A stretch of DNA of 62,533 nucleotides, filler included, from Basidiobolus ranarum (taxonomy: Eukaryota): the NCBI GenBank assembly GCA_040143965.1. It is 39 parts of 39 records of this genome, joined end to end, with 100 filler letters (N's around TTAATTAATTAA, not from the genome) between each part and the next. Parts side by side here need not be neighbours in the genome. Positions count along the whole stretch, not along the records: positions 36,996 to 38,500 come from JASJQH010011861.1; positions 38,601 to 40,105 come from JASJQH010011862.1; positions 40,206 to 41,709 come from JASJQH010011863.1; positions 41,810 to 43,313 come from JASJQH010011864.1; positions 43,414 to 44,917 come from JASJQH010011865.1; positions 45,018 to 46,520 come from JASJQH010011866.1; positions 46,621 to 48,123 come from JASJQH010011867.1; positions 48,224 to 49,726 come from JASJQH010011868.1; 31 more parts are not named here. One strand, 5' to 3'. Under the pieces are notes generated by a model. It saw only the letters and a list, made by a program, of their open reading frames with translations, was not told the origin of the DNA and did no database searches. A program made the translations under genes and the position numbers. Positions 36,996 through 49,826 of the stretch are shown here, piece after piece (position 1 is the first letter of the stretch; every line of letters starts with the position of its first letter).

Positions 36996-37700
36996 GCAAA
37001 GAAGGGTGCATACCCGGGCTTTGAGGGGACATATCGTAGGCATCTACGTAACCCGATGATCGAGCTTCCGATGCCAGCCGAGGACGTTATAGAGGGTGTG
37101 GATGCAGTGATCGTAAGCCATACTCACAGCGACCACTGGGACGATGTGGCTCAGGAGCTACTTCCCAAAGGCATCCCTCTGTTTGTACAGCATGAAATCG
37201 ATGCTCAAATCATTCGTGCACAGGGATTCATCAATGTTCACGTCTTGGGTGAAAACACAGTGTTTGAGGGCATCCGCTTGGAAAAGACGGGGGGACAGCA
37301 TGGTACAGACTCTATGTACTCCTCACATGTCCTTGCGGAGAAGCTTGGCGAGGTAATGGGCATTGTCTTTCAGGCACCCGGCTCGAAAACCGTATACATT
37401 GCCGGTGATACCGTGTGGAACAGCGAAGTTGATATGGCCATAGCTAAGTTCAAACCGGATGTGATCGTTCTGAATACTGGTGATGCTCGTGTGACTGGCT
37501 TCAGCGGCTCCATCATCATGGGTAAGGAGGACACACTCCATGCGTACCAAGCTGCGCCGAACGCAACTGTTGTTGCTGTGCATATGGATGCCATCAATCA
37601 TACAGCATTAAGCCGCGAGGAGCTACGAGAATATGTAAAACAGACTGGTATTCAGGATCGTGTATTAATCCCTGCTGATGGTGAAATTTTGAAGCTTTGA
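36996..37700 (+). CDS. MBL-fold metallo-hydrolase (bacterial UlaG/YddR-like, Lactamase_B_2/3), 5' truncated
   Basis: Open from contig start AKKGAYPGFEG; SHTHSDHWD, YIAGDT, VAVHMDAINH; no introns. Confidence 0.92.
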   Translation, partial: AKKGAYPGFEGTYRRHLRNPMIELPMPAEDVIEGVDAVIVSHTHSDHWDDVAQELLPKGIPLFVQHEIDAQIIRAQGFINVHVLGENTVFEGIRLEKTGGQHGTDSMYSSHVLAEKLGEVMGIVFQAPGSKTVYIAGDTVWNSEVDMAIAKFKPDVIVLNTGDARVTGFSGSIIMGKEDTLHAYQAAPNATVVAVHMDAINHTALSREELREYVKQTGIQDRVLIPADGEILKL

Positions 37701-38060
37701 CCCATTTTAGTTTTAGGTTATTTATTTAATACACGTCACCCTCATATTTTCTGCTGAAGTGTACAAAGAATCTCATTTCGCATTGAGTAATAACAATCTG
37801 TATGGCAACTCCAATTTACCGCAGAATAAATTAAGTTCTAGTATTTTCAATATTATTTTACTTTTAAGGGGTCATGTGTAGTATTGAAATCTGGTATTTG
37901 ATGGACAATCAGCAATTACCAAATTGTTAAGGTAAACCGTGTGGCTACCTGGAAATACAGAGTGGAGTGGCCATATCAGAGGTATATATATCTAAGTATT
38001 AAGGGATAAGATATATAAGTGCGGCTGCACAGTCAACCTGATTCAATACTGGGTTCTATG

Positions 38061-38478
38061 TGTTAAAGTATTTTGGGAGCCTGTTGGAAGTGTTTGAGAA
38101 CTAGAGAAATTGGTGGTTTTGACCTTTTGATTTGATGAGTAGAGAGTGCAATTTATAGTTTTGTCCAGATATAAATAAGCAAACAATTAGAATGTATTAA
38201 AGAAGGTATTAAGAGCATGTGTGCAAAGTTTGGGGCCTTTAAAATAAGTTTGAGAAAAGTACATATATAAGAACCTCCAAAGTAGGTAGAAGTATTTCAG
38301 GTAAATTCCAAATGGGAATAGTGAGTGATATCTTAGTAAATACAGAATAACTATATACTCAGCCATGTTTATGTTGAAGTTTATTGTCTTTATCATATTT
38401 GTTATCTCTATCTTTATACATCTAACTATTTCATATATCATATATAAGTTAGTTAACATTACTTAGTCAAATATCACT
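38061..38478. repeat. LTR-A (-, 38061-38371) interrupted by LTR-C (+, 38372-38478)
   Basis: TGTTAAAGTATTTTGGGAGCCTG and TGTTGAAGTTTATTGTC. Confidence 0.85.
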
Positions 38479-38600
38479 AATAGATAAGCACAAAATTCAG
38501 NNNNNNNNNNNNNNNNNNNNNNNNNNNNNNNNNNNNNNNNNNNNTTAATTAATTAANNNNNNNNNNNNNNNNNNNNNNNNNNNNNNNNNNNNNNNNNNNN

Positions 38601-40105
38601 TTGGTTGTGGAGACCGCCAAAGCAGGTTTAGCCCTATATCTCCAATACCGTCCAGAGAAGCAAACCGTTCATGCGATCATGATCCCCCGCTCCCCCGCCG
38701 ATCATTTCGGGGGAGTCCGGGGGGTGTTACCCAATGGCGAGCCTGATGAAAAGGTTCAGATTATAGCACCCGAAGGGTTTCTGGAGCATGCTGTTAGTGA
38801 GAATGTGTTTGCAGGAAACGCAATGCGGCGCCGAGCTCATTACATGTACGGAAACTTTATACCAAAATCGGATCGCGGCCATGTCGACGTAGGCTTGGGC
38901 AAAGCACTCGCAGGCGGCAGGCAGTCTCTTTTGTCACCCAATGATTTAATTTCACGAACCGGCGAAAAGCGCATTATCGACGGTGTTGAATTTGAGTTTC
39001 AAATGGCCAATTGTACGGAGGCTCCTTGTGAGATGATCATATATTTGCCTCAGCTTCGCGCTCTCTGCGGTGCTGAAGTCATGACGCATAATATGCATAA
39101 CCTCTATACTCTACGTGGAGCGGAGATCCGAGATGCCGTTCAATGGTGGAAGACGATTCATGAAGCAATTAACATATTTTTGCATAGATCTGATGTTATC
39201 TTTGCTCAACATCATTGGCCAATCTGGGGACAAGAGAATATAGGCCGCTTCTTGACGAAGCAAAGAGATCTTTACAAATATCTTCATGACGAAACGCTGC
39301 GTTTGATGAATCACGGACTGAACATGAATGAAATTGCCAACACAATAGTGCTACCTCCAGCTCTCAGCCAAGAATGGTACAATCGTGGTTACTACGGAAC
39401 GACCTCACATAATGTTCGTGGCATTTATCAACGATACTTGGGATTCTACTCTTCGAATCCCGCCGAGTTAGACCCGCTTCCTCCAGTTGAAGAATCTCGT
39501 AGATATGTGGATTTTATGGGCGGTGCCGATGCTGTTGTCGACAGGGCCCAGACTTGCTTCAACCAAGGCGAGTATAAATGGGTGGCTCGCGTTCTTAGCC
39601 ACGTCATGTATACTGAGCCAGATCATACTTCAGCCCGCAAATTGCTCGCTGATACATTTGAACAACTAGGGTACCAAGCCGAAGCGGCCACATGGCGTAA
39701 TGAGTACCTGTCCGCTGCGACCGAACTGCGTATGGGTCTCCCAAAGATCAAGGCGAAGGGTCAAGATCTGGACTTTATTCAAGCTATGACGCTTGAAATG
39801 TTGTTTGACTATCTTGGTGTTCGCTTGAATGGCCCCAAGGCTGATGGCCTTAAATTTGCTATTGATTTTCGATTCGAAGGGCCATTGAGCAGTGCTGATC
39901 CACATCGTATTATAGCGATGGTCCAGAACTCCGTCCTAGTGTATACTCTAGTTTTTACTGATGGTATCGGCCATATTACTGCTGATGTTATTGTTTCATT
40001 GCCTCGCCCTGTATTTGTCGGGCTGTGTTTTGGGTCAATTCAGCTAGAGAAAGCTTCCGCCTCGGGTATGATCAAGATGCAAGGGGATCAAACCATCTTA
40101 CAGAC
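38601..40105 (+). CDS. Alkyl/aryl sulfatase, SdsA1/BDS1 family (MBL, dimerisation and SCP-2-like domains), both ends truncated
   Basis: DHFGGVRG, EAPCEM, HNLYTLRGAEIRD, FAQHHWP, RGYYGTTSHN, EQLGYQAE, FDYLGVRLNGPKA; 500 codons without intron. Confidence 0.95.
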
Positions 40106-41177
40106 NNNNNNNNNNNNNNNNNNNNNNNNNNNNNNNNNNNNNNNNNNNNTTAATTAATTAANNNNNNNNNNNNNNNNNNNNNNNNNNNNNNNNNNNNNNN
40201 NNNNNTTTGATCTCTTCTGGTCTTGAATCATTACATATGTGGTACTTGCAAAAACTCTGAGATTAGCCACATCAGGTTTACTTCCAAACCAAGCTTTGGT
40301 AAGATCATGTTGCTCAATCTAGCCTGCTAACACACTATCTGGTACACTCTGTCAGCTATCATGGCTAGGTTCTATAACACTTGGTTGGACACTATAAGGA
40401 ACAATACGGCACCGTCACACCACAATTGGACACCCTGATTTTTTTGAAAATATTGTTCCAGCTTGTACCAAGTTTCTCAATTTAGTATTGTAAAATTAAG
40501 GTTTTGGTTAACTGACAATGCAAGTTCATCCTCTAGTTTGTAACTTCCCAAATTTTGCATGTTTAACAATAAAAAACTTGTAATGTAACCTACCCAATCA
40601 AACTTATAACCCAGACATTCAAATGTTTTTAGGCCAATCATTTGTCTCCCACTCACACAATATCACAATCATCCATTGGGCCCAATGGCTCTGGCACCAT
40701 GAATCACCTGTAGTTTTGGCACGCCCATAACAAATCACAGCACTTGATGATGGATTGATCTACAGTATAATAGTGATGATCAGGATTGCCTGATTCATCA
40801 TTTTTAGACCGGCAAATTATTCATTCAATCATGTAAGTTTCTAAATGGGTGAGAATATGAATGGATTGAGCCATATCAAGCCAACATAGCTGCACAAGCC
40901 TTTTATTGAAACACATTTTTCATTTATTTGTAGTGAAACCACTTTTATTAATAGGCTCTGATTGACTTTCTTGATATATGACAACTTCACATTGATAGTG
41001 CTTCATAAAGACATATACAATCATGATCTAACTTTAGTGATATATGCAAGATTTAACTGTAATCAATACCAATTACAAATGATTCATTAAACAGTAAAGA
41101 GAGGATAATGTAAGTATTAACAAGAGCACTCAGCAGTTGCCTGGGTTCAAAGTAGTACATGCTGATTTACTTCTATT

Positions 41178-41709
41178 CTCTAACAAAAATAAAATCAATT
41201 TGATATAGATTGGATCCACCCTCTGAAATAGAAACATCATCAGAGAATCATCACCATATTGGTGGCTTGCATTCTGCTAAGAATTTTGATGGTGTGATGG
41301 TGGTTTCCTGATGGTATTTTGACAGTATTCATACATGTAAAATATTGATCCTCCAATTTGGCATGCATTAGTCAATATCCGGCAGTTTTTGCAAAAATCT
41401 AATTTTTGAATGGCAAATTACTGGGTTTACTGCTGTACCAATTCAAATTGATATGCATGCCTTGATTTAGATATTTTAGGTTTTGTATTCAAGCCATAAT
41501 CCCTAACACAAATTTGAGGATTGTTACTGTAGAAATCCATCATAATTTTAATCCATTTGGGATTGACCATTTACTTACCATCATAAAATCATCAAGTTAG
41601 ATTTGATTTTAATCAATTCTTTCAGTTTCAGTAGTGAAATTTCAACATCTCACAAAATAGTGGCAAATGATTAAATAAAATCCCAGAGAACTATGAATCA
41701 ACACATGTG
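41178..41709. mobile_element. CMC terminus B (41178) with nested terminus A (41501)
   Basis: CTCTAACAAAAAT and CCCTAACACAAAT. Confidence 0.8.
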
Positions 41710-42129
41710 NNNNNNNNNNNNNNNNNNNNNNNNNNNNNNNNNNNNNNNNNNNNTTAATTAATTAANNNNNNNNNNNNNNNNNNNNNNNNNNNNNNNNNNN
41801 NNNNNNNNNGCTGGCACATATAGATCTCCTCTGCAAGCTTGTCATTGAAAAAAACTGTTTTAACTTCCATTTGATATGTAATAAACTGATATATAGCTGA
41901 AATTGCTAAAATCAATCTAATTGAATTAAACTTTGCTATAGTAATGAGGGCTATTTCTCATCAGATTTAATCTCCTGGTTTCAGATAAGTATATTACAAC
42001 TTCTGGTAGTGTATTGCACACTTTGTTAGGCAAAATTTGGTTGAAGGTCCACAGAAATGCTACTTTCTTCATTGTTGTGGTTTGAATCAATTTGAATGAT
42101 TGGGTCAGGAGAAAATTGAATTTTGTCAT

Positions 42130-43313
42130 CATCAGAGATCATTTAATTTAAAAAATATCAGTTTCATTGAGCATAACATCCCTGTACTTGATTAACTTGG
42201 AAATATGGTATCATAGACTCTGTAGGTCTCAGTTAGAGCACAATAACCCAGAAATATGCATTCCTTATAGTTTTTGTCAAATTTAGACTAATATTTGGTC
42301 ATAATTTTGACATAATCAATTCATCCACTGACCCTCAAGCATTTTACATTGGGTTAACTCCAAGCTAAGCTTGATATGGTGTAGAGTTAGACAGACTGCT
42401 TAAAAGCTTCAATTCTTTAGATATTCAGCTGTAGCAACCAATTCCACCCAAAACTTATGAGATAAGTTTTCTGCATTTATCTTAGATTTTGCCATCTCTG
42501 TTATAGTCCTGTTAGCACTTCCAGCAACTTCATTTTGTTAAGGTGAATCAGAAGCACTAGTTTCTTGCTTAATTGCTTGAACTTTGCAAAAATGCCTAAA
42601 AAGTGTTGAAGTGTATTCCCCACTATTATGCATACTTAGCTTCTTTACTTTAGTTCCAGTTTCAGTCGCCACAAGTGTTTTAAAATCCCTATAGATAGAG
42701 AGAGCCTCCTCTTTTCTGTCCACAAAGTAGACCCAAGTGTATCTTGTGTAATCATCAATAAATGTGATTAATATCTTTTTCTTTGTAAGCATAAATTTTG
42801 CATAGATCCACACATTTCTGAACAAATTAGATCCAATTTTTTGACAAATTTGATTAAACAAGGTCTCTTAAATGGTTGCCTGGCTTGTTTTCCATATATA
42901 AAACCCTCACAAATTTCCATTTTGGTTGGGGGGTTAATTTGAATTCTAGAAATTAAATAATTTTTGATCATTTTGCTCAAATAAGCAAGTCCAATATGGC
43001 CAAATCTCTTATGCCATGATTGAATGATTTCTTGATTGGAATGACTTTTATTTACACGTAAACCTCTTGGATTATATGTAAGTTGGTATAGGTTCTGGTC
43101 CTTTTCTCCCAGAGCTAAATAATGGCCATTTTGAGCAGTCATGATGCTTCTTGACTTATCAAAATTGAATTTAGCCCTTCTGTGATGGCCTTGCATACAA
43201 ATATTGAATTCTTGGCAATATCTGGAACATGTAGTACATCTTTGAAAGTATATACTTTCTCTTCAGTAGCTCCAGTTGAATTGACTTCACCTGTTCCCAT
43301 TCCAATATCATCC
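42130..43313 (-). mobile_element. Copia GAG-pre-integrase and integrase (decayed)
   Basis: WHKRFGH, CEGFIYGKQAR, FIDDYTRYTWVYF, NSGEY. Confidence 0.92.
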
Positions 43314-43413
43314 NNNNNNNNNNNNNNNNNNNNNNNNNNNNNNNNNNNNNNNNNNNNTTAATTAATTAANNNNNNNNNNNNNNNNNNNNNNNNNNNNNNN
43401 NNNNNNNNNNNNN

Positions 43414-44820
43414 AGAATCCTAAAAAACGATTTTTGCCAAAAAGCTAAAATTGGTTCAAGCAAATCCACTCAGCACTGATAGGAGTCATCTATTTGTGTC
43501 TGCCCTATCAATAACCACTAAAGAAGACTAAGAAACATGGTATATTGATTTGGGAGCTTCCCAGTATATGTCAAACAAGAAAGATTGGTTTTTAGCTTAA
43601 CACCAATCCAAATAAGGAAAGTGTATGTAGGTGATGACTATACACTAGATGCAATTGGTGTTGAAATAAAGTAAATAGCAGCTTATTATTTGGTAGTTAG
43701 ATTATTCATATTCTGACAACTTGGCACTCAATTCTGTGATTGCAAAACATGTGCTTATTGCCGTAATTGATAGAAATATCAATTAGATCACTTTTACCAA
43801 TTTTCAGTATTTTCTCAAAACTTCTCCAAGTCACCTCAAATTTTCACCCATGCTTAACAGGCAAACTTGTTGTAATCTTAGCCCATCTAGTAGTCCTAGT
43901 TCATAATAAATTACAACTAGAACACATTCAATTCAATAAAACATAAGTGTCTAATTCACAAATCCAAATCTTGTTCAATATTAGAAATTATTGGCATTTG
44001 CTATATATTCTTGGAGTTCCCAATGGAGTGCACCTGCATTGAAATGATGCTCCATGTGCAATTGTCAGTATTGCTGTATGCAAATCTGAGTAACTATGAA
44101 CCATTTTCCAACTATGTTATTGTTGAAGTTTATTTCCCTAATCACATATATTACCCAGATATATGTATACCTAACTATTTCATATGACACAATAAAGTTA
44201 GTCAATATTATTTAGACAAGTATTGCTTAGGTGGAAATGAGAACATAAGCTTTATGTATATGTGAATTATCTGAGAATTAGCAATTTTGTACTGGAACTT
44301 TCATTGCATTAGTCCACTCATAATGCTTACAGTGATGGAAGCAGCTTTGATTATTGGGGAGTGGAGAGTTCAATCCAATCTTAGCAACCAGGTGTGTACT
44401 GGTTTCCTTACACTTTCACCAAAGTTGATTGGCAGGTGAAAACCACTGGTCAGTTATATGACTTAGATTCCTTCAGTAATTTAATGATCTTCAAGTCAAG
44501 ATGGCTGTTTGCTTTGACTGATGATCTGAAAAACCTAAAGTCATGAGCTGTTTGTGCACAATTGGCAAGCTCTGAATCAGGTAAATATCATTCTTATTTG
44601 CCATATATACCATTGATTCCTTGTCTTAAAGCTTTGATAAAATCACCAAAATATAGATCATTAATCCAATACCAAAGTACTTGCCATAAATCCAATGGTA
44701 ATACAATATACTTGATGTATTATATTACCAAAATCTGAAAAGTCAAGGTTTCATTGAGAACACATATGATCATGCATTTGCATTTATGTTTTATGGGCTC
44801 TACCCAAAGAAATATACCAT
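43414..44820 (+). mobile_element. Mosaic: copia protease, LTR-B (43658), CMC transposase pieces, LTR-C (about 44121)
   Basis: WYIDLGASQY; TGTTGAAATAAAG; LEFPME; EWRVQSNLSNQV and YQNLKSQGF. Confidence 0.8.
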
Positions 44821-45513
44821 TCTAGTTGTTTCAGAGTATAAGCAGCAACTATAACTTCAATATCTTAAGGGGTTTGTGAGGTGTACAAGGGGTGCAATAA
44901 TCATGGTTTAATAACTCNNNNNNNNNNNNNNNNNNNNNNNNNNNNNNNNNNNNNNNNNNNNTTAATTAATTAANNNNNNNNNNNNNNNNNNNNNNNNNNN
45001 NNNNNNNNNNNNNNNNNCCTTCCTTAGCACATTCTACACATTAGCTTGTTTACATTGTAACAAAACTATAAGTTTCAACTTTCTATTGAATCTATCAACA
45101 GGTGAAAACCACCAATTTCTCCAATTCTCCAAACCACTTCCAACAGGCTCCAAAATAGTTTAACAAGTTATAAGCCCCAAACTTGCCCTCTCAGTAATGT
45201 CTACTTCTTAAATTTATGCAACTGTTCCCTCTTGTTTCCTGCACCAAAGTAGGTTGTGAATCAGGTAGAATCAGTTTTGACATGATATGTACCTACCATA
45301 TATATCTATGATGTTAGACTTAATAGGATTCAATCAGAATTAGGAACCTTTTTACAATATGGGTTAGATTTCAAAGTTAATTTCCCATAGTGTGATCAAG
45401 CATAATGCATTCCACATTGAGCCATTTTGATATGTCTATCTAATAATTTGATTCAGTTCAAACTATGATTAACTTTATTGATGCAGCTTATTATATGATT
45501 TCCATGCAGGTAC

Positions 45514-46320
45514 TGTTGATATTAGCATTGCCTAAGCACCTATATAGTCATATATAGCTTAGTACTTAGTTATCTTATAATTCAACATGATAGCATCCAT
45601 TATTTTCAATTGGAATTTTCTTGGAATATTTTTACCTACCTAGAAGTTCTCACATGTATAGATTTTTCAAACTTGTACTAGAAGCACCCAAACTTGCACA
45701 CATGTTCCTGGGACCTTCCTTAACATATTCAACATGTCGCATTGCTTACATCATGACAAAACTATATATGTCAACTTTCTACTCAACCTATCAATAAGCA
45801 AATACCATCAATTTCTCTATTTCACCAAACCACTACCAACAGGCTCTCAAATACTTTAACAGGCTATGAGCCTCAAGCTTGCACTCTCTGTAATGTATAC
45901 TTCTCAAACTTATGGCACTTTTCCCTCTTTTGAAAAATTGGATGGAACCAATTATCAAGTTTGCAAAATTAAAATGAAAATGCAGCTGCAAGAAAAAGAA
46001 CTATGGGACACTGTTGTAGGAGAAGAAACCAATGCAAAACTATCAGAAACTAAAGTTTTACTCCAGGTTCAAAAAGAACAAAGTGCCTATGGGGCAATTT
46101 ATCTCACTGTTGAAGACAACTTGTTAATACAATGTTCAAGAGCTAAAACTGCCAGGAAGGTATGGAAACCTTGGAAGACATTTACTAAACAAGTTCTGCT
46201 CCCAACAAGATGTATCTAAAAAGACAATTCTTAAGTTAAACATGAAGCCAAGAAGAGACATTAAATAACTAATTAACAGAGTCACTACTTTGGTGGATGA
46301 AATGGAATGCATTGGATCTG
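45514..46320 (+). mobile_element. Copia 5' end: full LTR-A (45514-45861), PBS (45862-45872) and gag
   Basis: TGTTG...TTTAACA|GGCTATGAGCC; EKLDGTNYQVCKIKMKMQLQEKELW; a second LTR-A/PBS lies at 45018-45180. Confidence 0.92.
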
Positions 46321-46620
46321 GATGGTTTCTTGCTATCAAATATACTGTTGGAAAGGCTTTCTGGCCAATAGTTTTAATTAACTTATATTTTCCTCCTTCT
46401 GAACTGTAAAAGAGTCATAATATTTTGATACTATCCATCATATCTGTACCTAAATCACCAGTGCTTATAGATAGCTTCTTGGAGCCTTTGATTGTGGAAT
46501 TTGAATGGTTATCTAATGGGNNNNNNNNNNNNNNNNNNNNNNNNNNNNNNNNNNNNNNNNNNNNTTAATTAATTAANNNNNNNNNNNNNNNNNNNNNNNN
46601 NNNNNNNNNNNNNNNNNNNN

Positions 46621-48012
46621 ACTTGAGTTAGTTTCTGGCATATTAATGCCTTTCAAAGTGGATTGTGGATTGCTAGACTGCTCATCAATTAAGTCCTCTG
46701 TTCTTGCTGGTTTTTTTCCTTTTGTGCCAGCAGGCTTTGGCTTGGAAGCCAATTTTGATTTTGATTTTGAATGCTTTTTGAATGGCATTGAAATTTTCAG
46801 ATGGTAAGCTTGGTGTAATGAAATTGCTTAGAAACAGTTTATAATAAACCAAAATTGCCATCCATTACTGGAAATATTTTGTAAATCCCCTGATGACTCA
46901 TTTATGACACCATCTCAGAATCAGCTGATCATGTTGATGAGCTATACCTAAAATGCCACCCTTACATAGGAGGTGTTCTTTTTTCTACAATATTCTTCAC
47001 ATGCCACAACACAAATGTTTAAAGAAGCCCTGCTAATATTGTCACAAATTCTTGTGCTATGAAAGCTGGAGGCTTCTTAGAAAAAATAATCACAAGCATG
47101 ATCACTGTACTTAGCCACCAGCTGCACAAAGCCTGGTGTATAACAACAGTAATAAGTGTACTAAATCAACTTTAGTTTTGCCTATAGAGTCCATTGACTC
47201 TACTTTGCCTCAAAGTTTTGGTAACACTGTCAAAAGTCAAGATACCATGGAGTTACCATAGTTATATGACCAGAACAATGTGGGTAGAAATGCAACTTTG
47301 GTTGAACCAGTAAGTCCAGATAACTTTGAGGACTTGATGCTAGATGTTGACCTTAGTTGTTCCAGTACAAATGGTAGTATATCAAAAGTTGAAGAAGAAG
47401 ACAATGGTTTTGCTATGGACTCTTTGTTATTGGCAAACATTAGTCCACTCATAACATTGTATATACTCAAGTGGAATCTTGAAAAGATTTCTCCCTGATA
47501 AGTATTGGCAACATTGGTAGTTGTTTGTTGATATTGTTAATGTATTCTTATGGCATCAACTTACATTGGCAGATCTCAGGCAGATACAGCAACTGTGTGA
47601 AGAATTTGTAAATCAATATGAAAAACTTCATTACAGATTTAAAGAAGATAGACTAAATCTATGCTGGTATTTAATATGTTCCCTGCTGCATCTTTCACAA
47701 TGCTTAGAGATTATAGGCCCTTGCTATACATTCTGGGAGTTCCCAATGGAGCACATCTATGGTTAAATGATGCTCCATATGAAATTGTCAGTATTACCAT
47801 ATGCTAATCTGATTAACAATATATCAGCAAAATCATTGATGGATGTAATGCAATGGGTTAAGGAGACTCCAGAGTATATTAACCTTCCAACAAAGGGCTC
47901 TTTTCAATGTGCTCATGGTTTTTTGCATTGTTTAAGCATAATAAAAACAACAAAGCCCAATCCATGGACACAGAGAAAGTACCTCCATAATTTGGACTAA
48001 TTTGTTTGTGTG
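46621..48012. mobile_element. CMC divergent pair: ORF2 (-, ATG 46788) and internally deleted transposase (+, ATG 47001) with DUF4218-like region
   Basis: SLLHLSQCLEIIGPCYTFWEFPMEH; LTR-D inserted from about 48013. Confidence 0.85.
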
Positions 48013-48599
48013 TGTTGGAGGATCTTGACATAATGGGGTAGACTTTGAGTATTAGAAGCAACTTATGATAGTGAGTTTTAGTTAGTTTATTCTTAAGAGT
48101 ATATGGTGACTTATATAGTAGAANNNNNNNNNNNNNNNNNNNNNNNNNNNNNNNNNNNNNNNNNNNNTTAATTAATTAANNNNNNNNNNNNNNNNNNNNN
48201 NNNNNNNNNNNNNNNNNNNNNNNCTTAGAAGTTCAAATATGCATACACTAACTACTTAATAATAATTTGCTATTTTCCTAATTTCAACAAAATCCTAGGT
48301 TTTATTGTCCTTATGTGAAGAAAACTCTTCAAATATTGCTTTTTGTAATAATTTTGATCCTTGACACTCCAGAACTTGATCTAGAGTCTGTGGCATGTTG
48401 CAGAAAGCTACTTAAACAGATGAATTGTCATTGAAAGTGTTCACCAGCTCCCTTATTGTTTCTATGTCTGGGTGAACTTCTTGTTTTGAATCATCCACTG
48501 ACATTATTGGGACTAGAATTCCAGATCAACAGGGCTCAGATAAAGCTAGAATTTTGTCAGACCCTTCCTCAATAGTGCTGATTGTGTTTTCTGGATCAA

Positions 48600-49130
48600 G
48601 GACTGTGATTCAAGGTGAAAATTTTGAATTTTGTTAAATATCACATGAATGCACTTAATAAACTTCTAAGTTTTGGTAACAAACAGTTTGTAGGCCTTTG
48701 ATCCATCCCAGTAACCAAGAAATATGCCTTTTTGGCTTTTAGGCTCCAATTTAGAGCATTTTTGAGCTAGATTTTGGCAAAATGCTGAGCATCCAACAAT
48801 CCTGTGATGATCCACACTTGGTTTTGATCCATATAGGGCTTCAAATGGAGTAGACTTTTGTAGCAATCTTGTTGGGAACCAGTTTTTCATATAGACCCCA
48901 GTGGAGACAGATTCATACCAGTATTAGAAATCTAACTTTTGATCATATAACATTGTTCCAGCCATCTCCACTATGGTCCTATTATCACATTCTGCAACTC
49001 ATTTTGCTGAGGAGGATAATGTACAGGAGTTTGCTGCTTAATTTGATGTATAGAACAAAATTAACAAAGTCTTTAGAGCAATATTTTCCACTATTATCAC
49101 TCCCCAGTACCCTCATTTTTTGTACTGATT
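48600..49130 (-). mobile_element. Copia integrase C-terminal region
   Basis: SDNSGKY, TPFEALYGSKP, KLEPKSQKGIFLGY. Confidence 0.88.
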
Positions 49131-49174
49131 CTTTCACCAATACATACAATGATATTAGCTTTAATAAAATATTC

Positions 49175-49726
49175 ACCCATCTGAACCCCTTTAGATAACC
49201 ATTCAAATACTGCAATCAAAGGCTCCAAGAAGCTATCTATAAGCACTGGTGATTTAGGTCCAGATATGATGGATAGTATCAAAATATTATGACTCTTATA
49301 CCATTCAGAAGGAGGAAGATTTAAGTTGATTAAAATTATTGGCCAGCAAGCCTTTCCAATGGTATATTTGTTTAGTAAGAAACCATCCAGAGCCAATGCA
49401 AATGCATGATCATATGTGTTCTCAAAGAAACCTTGACTTTTCAGATTCTGGTAGTGATATCCATCAAGTATATCAGTAATACCATCAGCTTTATGGTGAG
49501 TACTTTGGTATTGGATCAATGATCTATATTTGGGTGATTTCATCAAAACTCTGAGATGGGTAATTAATGGTATGTAAGCTGAATATGAACAATATTTACC
49601 TGATTCAGCGATTGCCAATTGTGTGGAAACAGTACATGACTTCAGGTTTTTCAGATCACCGGTGAAAGCCAAACAACCATTTGGACATGAAGGCAGTTTA
49701 ATTACTGAAGGATTATAAGTCATACA
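49175..49726 (-). mobile_element. CMC Transposase_21 (TnpD-like) core
   Basis: CPNGCLAF, YIPL, DILDG, LALDGF, WPIILINLNLPP, GPKSP, SFLEPL; also at 46340-46520. Confidence 0.92.
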
Positions 49727-49826
49727 NNNNNNNNNNNNNNNNNNNNNNNNNNNNNNNNNNNNNNNNNNNNTTAATTAATTAANNNNNNNNNNNNNNNNNN
49801 NNNNNNNNNNNNNNNNNNNNNNNNNN

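Noticed and set aside
38187-38459. Hydrophobic small ORFs recurring in LTR-C and LTR-A (also 1302, 50008, 60362 start)
   Set aside because: Incidental frames in AT-rich LTR DNA with inconsistent starts and stops
36996-40105. MBL hydrolase plus alkyl sulfatase as an operon or cluster
   Set aside because: Separate contigs, adjacent only because both are 1505 bp
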